Below, piece after piece: positions 56,764-64,000 of a DNA stretch of 64,000 nt (the stretch's first letter is position 1; each line of letters starts with the position of its first letter). The DNA comes from an uncultured Candidatus Saccharibacteria bacterium (lineage in GTDB: Bacteria; Patescibacteriota; Minisyncoccia; Phycocordibacterales; UBA9973). The DNA lies in assembly GCA_964500465.1 (NCBI GenBank), contig CAZCNB010000003.1, positions 13,882 to 77,881 of the forward strand, read 5' to 3'. The notes below the pieces were generated by a model. That model saw nothing but the letters and a program-made list of their open reading frames with translations, searched no databases and was not told where the DNA came from. The translations under genes and the position numbers were made by a program.

Positions 56764-57652
56764 AAGACTGTAAGCGACCTATTCTATAAATTGAAAATAC
56801 TAATAATATAACAGCTATCCATTGAGAAAACGATAAAGTGGTCTTGTAAAGAATTGCGTCTATCAATATAGCTATAAATGGAAAAGTTAATTCAAGAATT
56901 GTAGATATGTGCACTGGTGTCTTTGATAGACCTTTATAATATATCAGAAGCGCAACCATTCCGGTAGACACTGCAATTAAAGCAAACAAACCAAACTGCA
57001 CTCCAGTTGGTGTTGAGAGAGATTCACTGTAACCCATAAATAAAATAACAATAAGAGCTAAAAAACTAGTAAATAAAAATCTATAAAAAGTACTAACCTT
57101 AAAAGATATTTTATTTAAAATCAATTTTGAAAATGTAGTTGAACTTCCCCAGGCCAGAGCTGCGCCAAGCGCGTATAGAGCAGCTATAATTGTACCTTCT
57201 CCAGTAGAAAAACTTACGTGGCCGTTTGGAAAGGTAACAAAATATGCAGAAATGAGAGCAATAATGGCCCATTTTATATATTTTTGATTGAATTTTTCTT
57301 TCAAAAAAATAGAAGCAGTAGTTATGGCAAATATAGGTTGAAGTTTCTGAATGAGGAACACAACAGAAAAAGATATGAAATGTACTTTGAGTAATGCAGT
57401 TGTAAACCAGAGTGTTCCAAGAAGACCACTCAAAAAAGCTACGAGCAATAATAATAAAATTTCTCTTTTAGTTATTTTTTCTTTTTTTAGACTTTTTAGA
57501 ACGAAAGGTATTAATATGACTAAACCTATTAAATGTTCGAAGAATATTATTGTTATCGGTGGTAAACTATATAAATTTCTGCGAATAACTCCATCGAGAG
57601 CCCATAGTACCGCTGCAACTATTATAAGTATAGGTCCATTTATATTTTTCAT
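56738..57652 (-). CDS. EamA/DMT-superfamily transporter (10 TM)
   Basis: Two EamA-like 5-TM repeats. Confidence 0.65.
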   Translation of the reverse strand: MKNINGPILIIVAAVLWALDGVIRRNLYSLPPITIIFFEHLIGLVILIPFVLKSLKKEKITKREILLLLLVAFLSGLLGTLWFTTALLKVHFISFSVVFLIQKLQPIFAITTASIFLKEKFNQKYIKWAIIALISAYFVTFPNGHVSFSTGEGTIIAALYALGAALAWGSSTTFSKLILNKISFKVSTFYRFLFTSFLALIVILFMGYSESLSTPTGVQFGLFALIAVSTGMVALLIYYKGLSKTPVHISTILELTFPFIAILIDAILYKTTLSFSQWIAVILLVFSIYRIGRLQSYDLSNKTN

Positions 57653-58273
57653 TTACTTTTTTCGATTTAGGTAAGTTGGGTGTTCTTCTGCAACTTGTGC
57701 AATATGATTGGCGTATCTTGAAAGAGCAAATAATACACTAGATAATCTATTCATATAAGAGATTGTATTTGGTCCAATTTTTCTAATACCTTCATCAAGC
57801 ACAGATACTATACTTCTCTCAGATCGACGAGCTAGAGTTCTTGATACATCAAGACTTGCACTTGCAACTGTGCCACCAGAAATAGTAAACGATGTAATCG
57901 GTGGGAGAATATCTCCAATGCTGTTTATTAAATTCTCAATTTTGGTAACTTCATTTTTGGGAACTGTCATATCAGACCCTGCGAGTTCCGCCTGAATAAT
58001 AAAAAGTACTTGCTGAATATGGTCTATAGTTTCACTATAAGTTATCGATTTTGATTTTATTTTTATCTTAAATTCTTCTTTGCTTGTATAAACCTTAACT
58101 AATCCTAGATAAGCGTTAAGTTCATCTACTGATCCAAGCGCTTCAATAACGTTAGCGCTTTTAGATACACGATGTTGTTTACAGTTAAAGAGTGTAGTTG
58201 TACCCTTATCTCCAAAACCAGTATAGAGTATATTTTTCTCTCTTTTCAAATGTTTTTTTGGGCCTTTTTTCAT
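57653..58273 (-). CDS. PduO-type ATP:cob(I)alamin adenosyltransferase (MMAB-like)
   Basis: LYTGFGDKGTTTLFNCKQHRVSKSANVIEALGSVDELNAYLGLV, a helical bundle. Confidence 0.75.
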   Translation of the reverse strand: MKKGPKKHLKREKNILYTGFGDKGTTTLFNCKQHRVSKSANVIEALGSVDELNAYLGLVKVYTSKEEFKIKIKSKSITYSETIDHIQQVLFIIQAELAGSDMTVPKNEVTKIENLINSIGDILPPITSFTISGGTVASASLDVSRTLARRSERSIVSVLDEGIRKIGPNTISYMNRLSSVLFALSRYANHIAQVAEEHPTYLNRKK

Positions 58274-58371
58274 ATTTTGAGTATATCATATAAATAACTC
58301 GCGATAATGTCTTAATATTGTTATACTATAAGTAGTGAGTAAAATTATAAGACTTAATCGAATAAAATATT

Positions 58372-59241
58372 ATGAAATTTAGTTTTGAAGGAGGAAGAAA
58401 AAAAATACTAACTACCATTGGACTATTAACTGCTGCTGCGCCAGCAATAGGTCAAGGACCGAACGTTGAGAAGAGTGCGGAAAGGGAATTCGCTAATAAT
58501 AAAAATACTGTTGTATACAAGATAGGTGGTGTTAATAATGGTGGCGAGAGAAAAGTAAAAGAAGTACCCCAAGGATACGTTAAGGATCGTGTTGAAGGAA
58601 ATAAAACATTCTATAAAAAAACTATCGATGGTGGTAAATTAAAACTCGCTAAACCTGGTGATGGAAAAGAAAGTCCCGCGTATAAAAAATGGTTGATAGA
58701 TATGCTACAAAGTGGTACTTCCCCTCAGGAATTAGCAAATATGAAATATATATCCCCAGAAGCAATTCCTGAGTATCAACAATATTATAAGGAACCTGAA
58801 GTGGATGTAGTTTACACAGAAAAAGATGAATCAAAAGAAGTAGATCCTTTTGCTGCTTTCTCTAAAATGGGTGAAAGATTATTTGGACCTGATCGACATG
58901 CAATTGCTGATATGTACACTGCAACAAGAGATAGTAAGGACATTAAAGATGCTGGATTACTAAACACTGGTAACCCAGATCAATACGTTTTACTCAGGTT
59001 CATTGATGGTAATACCGGAAAAGCTACTGGTAAATTGCTAATGTTAGAAGCTTCTAGAGTTCAAGAATTTTTTGGTACTACTACTACTGCCAAATCAACT
59101 GAAGCGTTTAACAAGTTGATGAATGAAGCTGAAGAATTTACAAAATCTTATAAAAAAGGTAATACAACGTATCAGTATTCTCCAGAAGAATTAGTGAAAG
59201 GAGAGAATTTGGGTTCTAATGATGTAGCTGTTAAAAAATAA
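58372..59241 (+). CDS. hypothetical secreted protein
   Basis: Hydrophobic N-terminal segment (ILTTIGLLTAAAPAIG), then a Lys/Glu-rich soluble domain with no known motifs. Followed by a strong terminator. Confidence 0.5.
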   Translation: MKFSFEGGRKKILTTIGLLTAAAPAIGQGPNVEKSAEREFANNKNTVVYKIGGVNNGGERKVKEVPQGYVKDRVEGNKTFYKKTIDGGKLKLAKPGDGKESPAYKKWLIDMLQSGTSPQELANMKYISPEAIPEYQQYYKEPEVDVVYTEKDESKEVDPFAAFSKMGERLFGPDRHAIADMYTATRDSKDIKDAGLLNTGNPDQYVLLRFIDGNTGKATGKLLMLEASRVQEFFGTTTTAKSTEAFNKLMNEAEEFTKSYKKGNTTYQYSPEELVKGENLGSNDVAVKK

Positions 59242-59250
59242 AGATTCTTA

Positions 59251-59278
59251 AAAAATCCCCTAGTAAGGGGATTTTTTA
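59251..59278 (+). terminator. rho-independent terminator
   Basis: aaaaatcccct-agta-aggggatttttt. Confidence 0.85.
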
Positions 59279-59451
59279 AGAATTGATACTTATATTGACT
59301 TTTAGTGCTAAATATGTTAATAAGAGGTCAATTAAAGTACCTTACAAACATTGATTTGTAGAGTGTCTTTCGTCTTCCCTGCGATAATTCGTTGGAAAAA
59401 CGAAAGATATTCAATTATTTTAACCAATAAAACAAATCAATTACACAGTTT

Positions 59452-60318
59452 ATGAAAAAAATGATGATTTTAGCGACATTGGTTCTGGTATATGCCACTA
59501 CCTTCGCACAGAAAAAAGAAAAGGTGGAAAAAGATATTCCCACCTATTACGGTAAAATCCGCCTTATGACCAACTGGGAGAAGAAAGACAGCCTCAATCC
59601 CGGAAAAAACGCTGAACTCTCTGCAAACGGTGTTTACGGCGGATTCGCCTACGACCTTACTATTACCCAACCTTTTGATAACAAAAGGAACTGGGGCCTG
59701 CGCCAAATGAAAACCGTAACTCTGGGTTACGGGATAAACAAAAAAATTTCCTACGGTCAAAGAGTTCTGGACGACAAATCCTACCACCTGGCTGCCGGCA
59801 TTGGACCTACCCTTATGCTTACCCCGAAACCTGACAGTGTGAAGAAAAAAAACAATAATGACATGTTCCTGGGAGCCACAATATTCGCCGATATTATAGG
59901 TGAACAATCCGGAGTGGAAGCAGATGCCAAGCTAATGTATGTTTTTCTCCCCGCTAACAACGACACAGTATGGAGTGAAAATGTATTCTCGCCTGAAATA
60001 CAGGTAAAAAAATTTTTCGGTGGAATATTCGGCATATCCGCCGGATGGAGAATGCTTTTCTACTCTACAAGTGAACGCCAGGTACAAGGCAGGCCTTATC
60101 ACGGCACAGCTATAACTCAAACAAGGTCAGAAATTAGTCTCGGCCTTTGCGCAAAGTTCCGGTCAATTACTTTCATGAGCGGAGTGATAATTCCCCGGGA
60201 AAGATACAAAATTGCAGACAACAGTGGAGCAAGGGCCACAAATTTCTTTGAGGCCAAAACCGGTAAGACTGTTTTGAGTATTGGTTTGCAGATTGATTTC
60301 GCAAACCCTCCGAAATAA
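59452..60318 (+). CDS. outer-membrane beta-barrel-like protein with Bacteroidetes-style signal peptide; GC-rich, probably horizontally acquired
   Basis: Signal MKKMMILATLVLVYATTFAQ. The mature protein has alternating hydrophobic/polar amphipathic beta-strand periodicity. Gene GC is ~47% against a ~32% backbone. Confidence 0.6.
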   Translation: MKKMMILATLVLVYATTFAQKKEKVEKDIPTYYGKIRLMTNWEKKDSLNPGKNAELSANGVYGGFAYDLTITQPFDNKRNWGLRQMKTVTLGYGINKKISYGQRVLDDKSYHLAAGIGPTLMLTPKPDSVKKKNNNDMFLGATIFADIIGEQSGVEADAKLMYVFLPANNDTVWSENVFSPEIQVKKFFGGIFGISAGWRMLFYSTSERQVQGRPYHGTAITQTRSEISLGLCAKFRSITFMSGVIIPRERYKIADNSGARATNFFEAKTGKTVLSIGLQIDFANPPK

Positions 60319-60344
60319 GTTTCATAAACTGTGCCACAAGAACG

Positions 60345-60380
60345 GGCGTACTTCTGAAGAGAAGTGCGCCTATTTTTATT
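60345..60380. terminator. rho-independent terminator between convergent genes
   Basis: ggcgtacttc-tgaaga-gaagtgcgcc-tatttttatt. Confidence 0.7.
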
Positions 60381-60708
60381 GCATTTTATTACTAACGTTT
60401 TCTATTGTCTTTGAAACAACTCTTTTTGTATTATTCCCTATCTTACTTATTAGTTTATAAACAATAAAGAAAAATATTGACGAGAAGAATAAACCTATAA
60501 AGAAAATAATTTTAAAGAAAAGATACGGGCCTCCAAGCAAATTTGTAAAAGAAAGTACAAACAAAAATACAAGCCCTAATAAAAGAATGATAATGGGCAA
60601 TATAAAAATACCCCATATTGCTTCTTTTGTTTGAGAAGACGCAAACCCTGACGGGTTTTCTTTGGCCTCTTTTATTGCCTTACCTATGAAGAAGATTTTC
60701 ATTAACAT
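60376..60708 (-). CDS. small hypothetical membrane protein (2 TM)
   Basis: Two strongly hydrophobic helices. No homology recognised. Confidence 0.4.
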   Translation of the reverse strand: MLMKIFFIGKAIKEAKENPSGFASSQTKEAIWGIFILPIIILLLGLVFLFVLSFTNLLGGPYLFFKIIFFIGLFFSSIFFFIVYKLISKIGNNTKRVVSKTIENVSNKMQ

Positions 60709-60761
60709 GTATTTATATTAACAGATTGGAAACATAAACCATAGCTGATATAATTATCTAT

Positions 60762-61331
60762 ATGAAGAAATTATCCAAAAAGAAAAGTTTTCTAGGCGGA
60801 TTTACACTTATTGAACTAACAATATCAATTGCAATAATAGGTATACTATCTACAATAATTATAGTTTCTCTTAATTCAGCAAGACAGAAAAGTAGAGATG
60901 CAAAGAGGGTAAGAAATATAGAAGAAATCAGAACTGCTATAGAATTATACATAGCAGGGCATGGTAATGCTCCAGATTTGGGAGACTCAAATTGTTCTGT
61001 TGTCGACAATAATGATCCATATATTTACTACTCGTCATGTCATACAAATGATTTCAATGGAACATCACACCCATGGAGTGACTTTGAATCTCAAATTCAA
61101 CCATATATGAAAACAGTTCCAAAAGATCCTTGTGGTCTTGCTTGTTATGACCCATCTGGAAACTATAAATACAGAGGATACTTCACATACACATACCAAG
61201 CACCTGGGACTCTTGCTCCGATAAATAATCCTCCGACGACTACAATAACATCTTCATCTTATAGGATTTATGCTCAAAATCTAGAAAAAGGTAATCCTAA
61301 ATCTTTCGGGTTTGGTCCGGGGTCATTCTAA
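60762..61331 (+). CDS. type IV pilin-like protein (paralog A)
   Basis: KKSFLGG|FTLIELTISIAIIGILSTIIIVSL prepilin signal. Conserved C-terminal module PKDPCGLACYDPSGNY...NLEKGNPKSFGFGPGSF. Confidence 0.8.
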   Translation: MKKLSKKKSFLGGFTLIELTISIAIIGILSTIIIVSLNSARQKSRDAKRVRNIEEIRTAIELYIAGHGNAPDLGDSNCSVVDNNDPYIYYSSCHTNDFNGTSHPWSDFESQIQPYMKTVPKDPCGLACYDPSGNYKYRGYFTYTYQAPGTLAPINNPPTTTITSSSYRIYAQNLEKGNPKSFGFGPGSF

Positions 61332-61395
61332 AACAAAGCAATCAAATGAATATTTTATAATTTGAAATAAGAACTTTAGTTGTTATAATTAGCAT

Positions 61396-61956
61396 ATGAA
61401 AAAGACACTGGGTAAGAGAAATCTAATAGGCGGATTTACACTTATTGAACTAACAATAGCTATAGCAATAATAGGGATACTTTCTACGATAATTATAGTT
61501 TCTCTTAATTCAGCACGACAGAAAGGTAGAGATGCAAAGAGAGTAAGAAATGTACAAGAAATTCAAAAAGCAATTGAGTTATACATAGCAACCAACAACG
61601 CTGCACCAGATTTAGGAGACCCGAATTGTGGCAACCCTGATGCTTATGATAATACATGTTATGCAAATGATTGGGATGGTGGTTCAGGTAAACCCTGGTC
61701 CACTTTAACCACAGCAATTAATCCTTATATGAAGAACGTTCCAAAAGATCCTTGTGGAATTGCCTGCTATGATCCGTCCGGTAATTATAACGAGAGGGGT
61801 TATTTTGAGTATGTATATCAAGCACCAGGGACTTTGTCTTATCTGAATGAATCATTGGCGCCAGGAACAACGACAGTTAATACATATAGAATATTCGCTA
61901 GTAACCTTGAAAAAGGTAATCCTAAATATTTTGGTTATGGTCCTGGATCATTCTAA
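61396..61956 (+). CDS. type IV pilin-like protein (paralog B)
   Basis: KRNLIGG|FTLIELTIAIAIIGILSTIIIVSL prepilin signal. C-terminal PKDPCGIACYDPSGNY...NLEKGNPKYFGYGPGSF. ~60% identical to paralog A. Confidence 0.8.
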   Translation: MKKTLGKRNLIGGFTLIELTIAIAIIGILSTIIIVSLNSARQKGRDAKRVRNVQEIQKAIELYIATNNAAPDLGDPNCGNPDAYDNTCYANDWDGGSGKPWSTLTTAINPYMKNVPKDPCGIACYDPSGNYNERGYFEYVYQAPGTLSYLNESLAPGTTTVNTYRIFASNLEKGNPKYFGYGPGSF

Positions 61957-61959
61957 TAC

Positions 61960-63285
61960 ATGCCTTTAATACATTCTTTTGTTAATATTTTCGCTGGTGG
62001 AAGAAGTGAGGCTAAGGTTTTTTTATTCTTAATTTACCTAGTGACACTTTTTGTAATTTATAAAATTATTACAAATAAAAAACCTTTAAAGAATCTGGAT
62101 TGGAAATGGTTTGGTTTTGGCTTGCTTAGTTTATACTTATATGGATTATTTTTACAAATAGCGTATACAAAAATACTTGGGGTAAAAGTTACAGATTTTA
62201 TAATAACTGGTAATAATGGTGAATTATCTAGTTCTACATTATCGCACACCCATGTAGCCAAAGGATTTATAGGGGTCATACTTTCAAAATTGGGCTACGC
62301 TGACCTTTCAAAAGTTGATGCTGGTGGTGCCTATATAGGACTTATCCCAAATATTCTATTTTATATAGGATCTGTATTACTTATTTTGGTTCTTGTACAA
62401 GCTTTATACTATTTTGCATCATCATACTATTCAAAAATTAATTATCTAAATATCAGGCAAAAATTGTTCTTAATAATAGGATACGGAATATTATCTTTTT
62501 CAATAATAAAAACTGCAATAGACGGGGGTCTATTTAATTATGGATTTTATGTAAGTATTATATTTATATGGGCATTTTACAAACAACAAAAAAACGAATT
62601 GATTAATAAATATTATTACTTATTTACATTTTTTGCTTTATTACTATTAATTATAAACTTATTTCTAATAGACATAGATCCTAGTTTGTCTCTTCTTCTA
62701 GGCGGTATATCAGCGATGATATTGCTTTATGAAATATTACTTTATTTGGGTAAGGAAAAGATCCGACTTCAATTTTTAGTTCCAATAGTATTAATATTTT
62801 TTGGGTCATGGTGGCAAGCAGGAGCACGTGATCTAGATATATATAATTATGGAGAAAATATGATAGAAACTGGACAGAATTTTTATACTTATAATAAAAG
62901 TATTAAAGAAGTAGTAAAAAATAAAGCACAAGGAAATATTAAGATTCACAAAATAGCAACAGATATGGATAAGAATGAAAGTTATTTGCCAATAACAGTT
63001 GCTGGTATAACTTGTATGGAAAAAAGCTATCCACAAGAAGTATCTATGGAGCTACTTACAGATAAACCTATAAATAGAGAAATTGATACTCAAAAAAACT
63101 TTATTTCAATTAAAAATGAAAAATCTGTAGAGCTTGGTGGGTATTGGAAAACCAATTTACATATTTATATGAATCCGTGTTTACCAGAACCCCTCTCTGT
63201 AATAGATGGTATGATTAGAAAATCAGATATAAATAAATACTTTATAATAAATCCAACTTTTTATGATCAAACTAACGTTCTATAA
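61960..63285 (+). CDS. polytopic membrane protein immediately downstream of the pilin pair; function unknown
   Basis: About 9-10 TM helices, then a ~140-aa C-terminal soluble domain. No motif recognised. Confidence 0.45.
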   Translation: MPLIHSFVNIFAGGRSEAKVFLFLIYLVTLFVIYKIITNKKPLKNLDWKWFGFGLLSLYLYGLFLQIAYTKILGVKVTDFIITGNNGELSSSTLSHTHVAKGFIGVILSKLGYADLSKVDAGGAYIGLIPNILFYIGSVLLILVLVQALYYFASSYYSKINYLNIRQKLFLIIGYGILSFSIIKTAIDGGLFNYGFYVSIIFIWAFYKQQKNELINKYYYLFTFFALLLLIINLFLIDIDPSLSLLLGGISAMILLYEILLYLGKEKIRLQFLVPIVLIFFGSWWQAGARDLDIYNYGENMIETGQNFYTYNKSIKEVVKNKAQGNIKIHKIATDMDKNESYLPITVAGITCMEKSYPQEVSMELLTDKPINREIDTQKNFISIKNEKSVELGGYWKTNLHIYMNPCLPEPLSVIDGMIRKSDINKYFIINPTFYDQTNVL

Positions 63286-63766
63286 TTTCATTGTATATAT
63301 TGGAATAACTTGGGGAACCAATATACTTTTTAATTTACTTTACGTAATCAAAAAATATAAACCTGCATATGTGGCAAAAGACAAAGCTATAGATGGTAAT
63401 ATAATGTTCTATGGAAACAGACTAATAGGTGAATCTACTACCCTATTTGGATTTATAATAGCAATACTTGCTTCACTACTTGTATACACAATATTCACCT
63501 CTATATCACTTACAATAATTCCTTTGCTTGTTTACTTAGGACACACTCTTGGTAGTTTTATAAAACGAAGATTTGGATTAGAGGATGGAAAATTTATGCC
63601 ATTCATAGACCATGGAGACTACATGATAACTACTGGTATTATACTTACTTCTTTAGGGTACATATCATTTAAACTTGCTTTAGCAGGTCTAGCTTTTACT
63701 TATGTATTTCATCCAGTTGCATGCTTTATTGCTTTCAAATTAAAATTAAGGCAATACCCTTACTAA
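63263..63766 (+). CDS. CarS/DUF46-like CDP-alcohol cytidylyltransferase-family membrane protein (tentative)
   Basis: 167 aa with ~4-5 TM helices. GSFIKRRFGLEDGKFMPFIDHGDY resembles the CDP-archaeol synthase / CTP-transferase signature (G.F.KRR.G...G...P..DQ.D). Confidence 0.45.
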   Translation: MIKLTFYNFIVYIGITWGTNILFNLLYVIKKYKPAYVAKDKAIDGNIMFYGNRLIGESTTLFGFIIAILASLLVYTIFTSISLTIIPLLVYLGHTLGSFIKRRFGLEDGKFMPFIDHGDYMITTGIILTSLGYISFKLALAGLAFTYVFHPVACFIAFKLKLRQYPY

Positions 63767-63767
63767 A

Positions 63768-64000
63768 ATGTTAGAAGATATAAACAACATTATATTGGTT
63801 TTTGGAGCGCTAGGGGTATTCCTTGCTTTTATAATTGAAGAGGTTTTTGTTTTTATACCATCTGTATTAGTACACATTGGTGCAGGCGCAATTATATTAG
63901 GAGGACATGCTTTAAATCTGGAAGGGGTTGTAAAGTTACTGCTAGTAGTAGCACTTCCTTCTGCACTTGGTGTAACAATAGGTTCCCTCTGGATTTACTT
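63768..64000 (+). CDS. membrane protein, N-terminal part (DedA/YqaA-like?), runs off window end
   Basis: ATG at 63768. At least two TM helices (ILVFGALGVFLAFIIEEVFVFIPS...). No stop before 64000. Confidence 0.4.
   Translation, partial: MLEDINNIILVFGALGVFLAFIIEEVFVFIPSVLVHIGAGAIILGGHALNLEGVVKLLLVVALPSALGVTIGSLWIY

Noticed and set aside
1-64000. Alternative genetic code (UGA=Gly/Trp as in some CPR or Mollicutes)
   Set aside because: TGA terminates conserved proteins at the expected positions (e.g. the small peptide ORF, several synthetases). Full-length homologs are obtained with the standard code.
1-64000. CRISPR arrays, cas genes, transposases, integrases, prophage or toxin-antitoxin modules
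   Set aside because: No direct-repeat/spacer periodicity and no ORF with recognisable Cas, transposase DDE or tyrosine-recombinase motifs. The only mobile-element hint is the tRNA-Cys 3' duplicate.

Overview
Low-GC (~30-33%), gene-dense chromosomal segment that reads like a reduced-genome monoderm bacterium, plausibly Candidate Phyla Radiation/Patescibacteria (inference). The standard genetic code applies: TGA behaves as a stop throughout. Content is mostly housekeeping. It includes five aminoacyl-tRNA synthetases (SerS, MetRS, GlyRS, IleRS, ArgRS), DprA-TopA, a minimal Rel/SpoT, ParB, ClpB, a cysteine desulfurase, IF-2/RbfA, a three-tRNA cluster (Tyr, Cys, Leu), SecG, RNase J, and the rpsF-ssb-rpsR operon. 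Positions ~41.8-50.6 kb form a contiguous thymidylate/dNTP-sanitation island: dut, tmk, thyA, folA, glyA, dCMP deaminase, a MazG-like gene, four NUDIX genes (one frameshifted) and a DNPH1-like N-hydrolase. The window also carries secreted and surface proteins and three type-IV-pilin-like genes. The most unusual observations are these. (1) The type-2 IleRS carries a ~170-aa histidine-phosphatase (PGAM-like) domain inserted inside the synthetase, and is preceded by a canonical T-box antiterminator/terminator. (2) The ileS-argS spacer holds extra structured plus-strand elements with two intrinsic terminators but no ORF. (3) A GC-rich (~47%) Bacteroidetes-style beta-barrel OMP gene is embedded in the low-GC backbone. 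(4) A secreted 652-aa peptidoglycan-binding protein has a triplicated ~95-aa repeat I do not recognise. (5) A perfect extended -10 sigma70 promoter drives a 37-aa basic peptide ORF antisense to the tmk/NUDIX transcript. (6) A tRNA-Cys 3'-end fragment is duplicated 97 bp downstream of the intact tRNA-Cys. No CRISPR array, transposase or integrase is visible.
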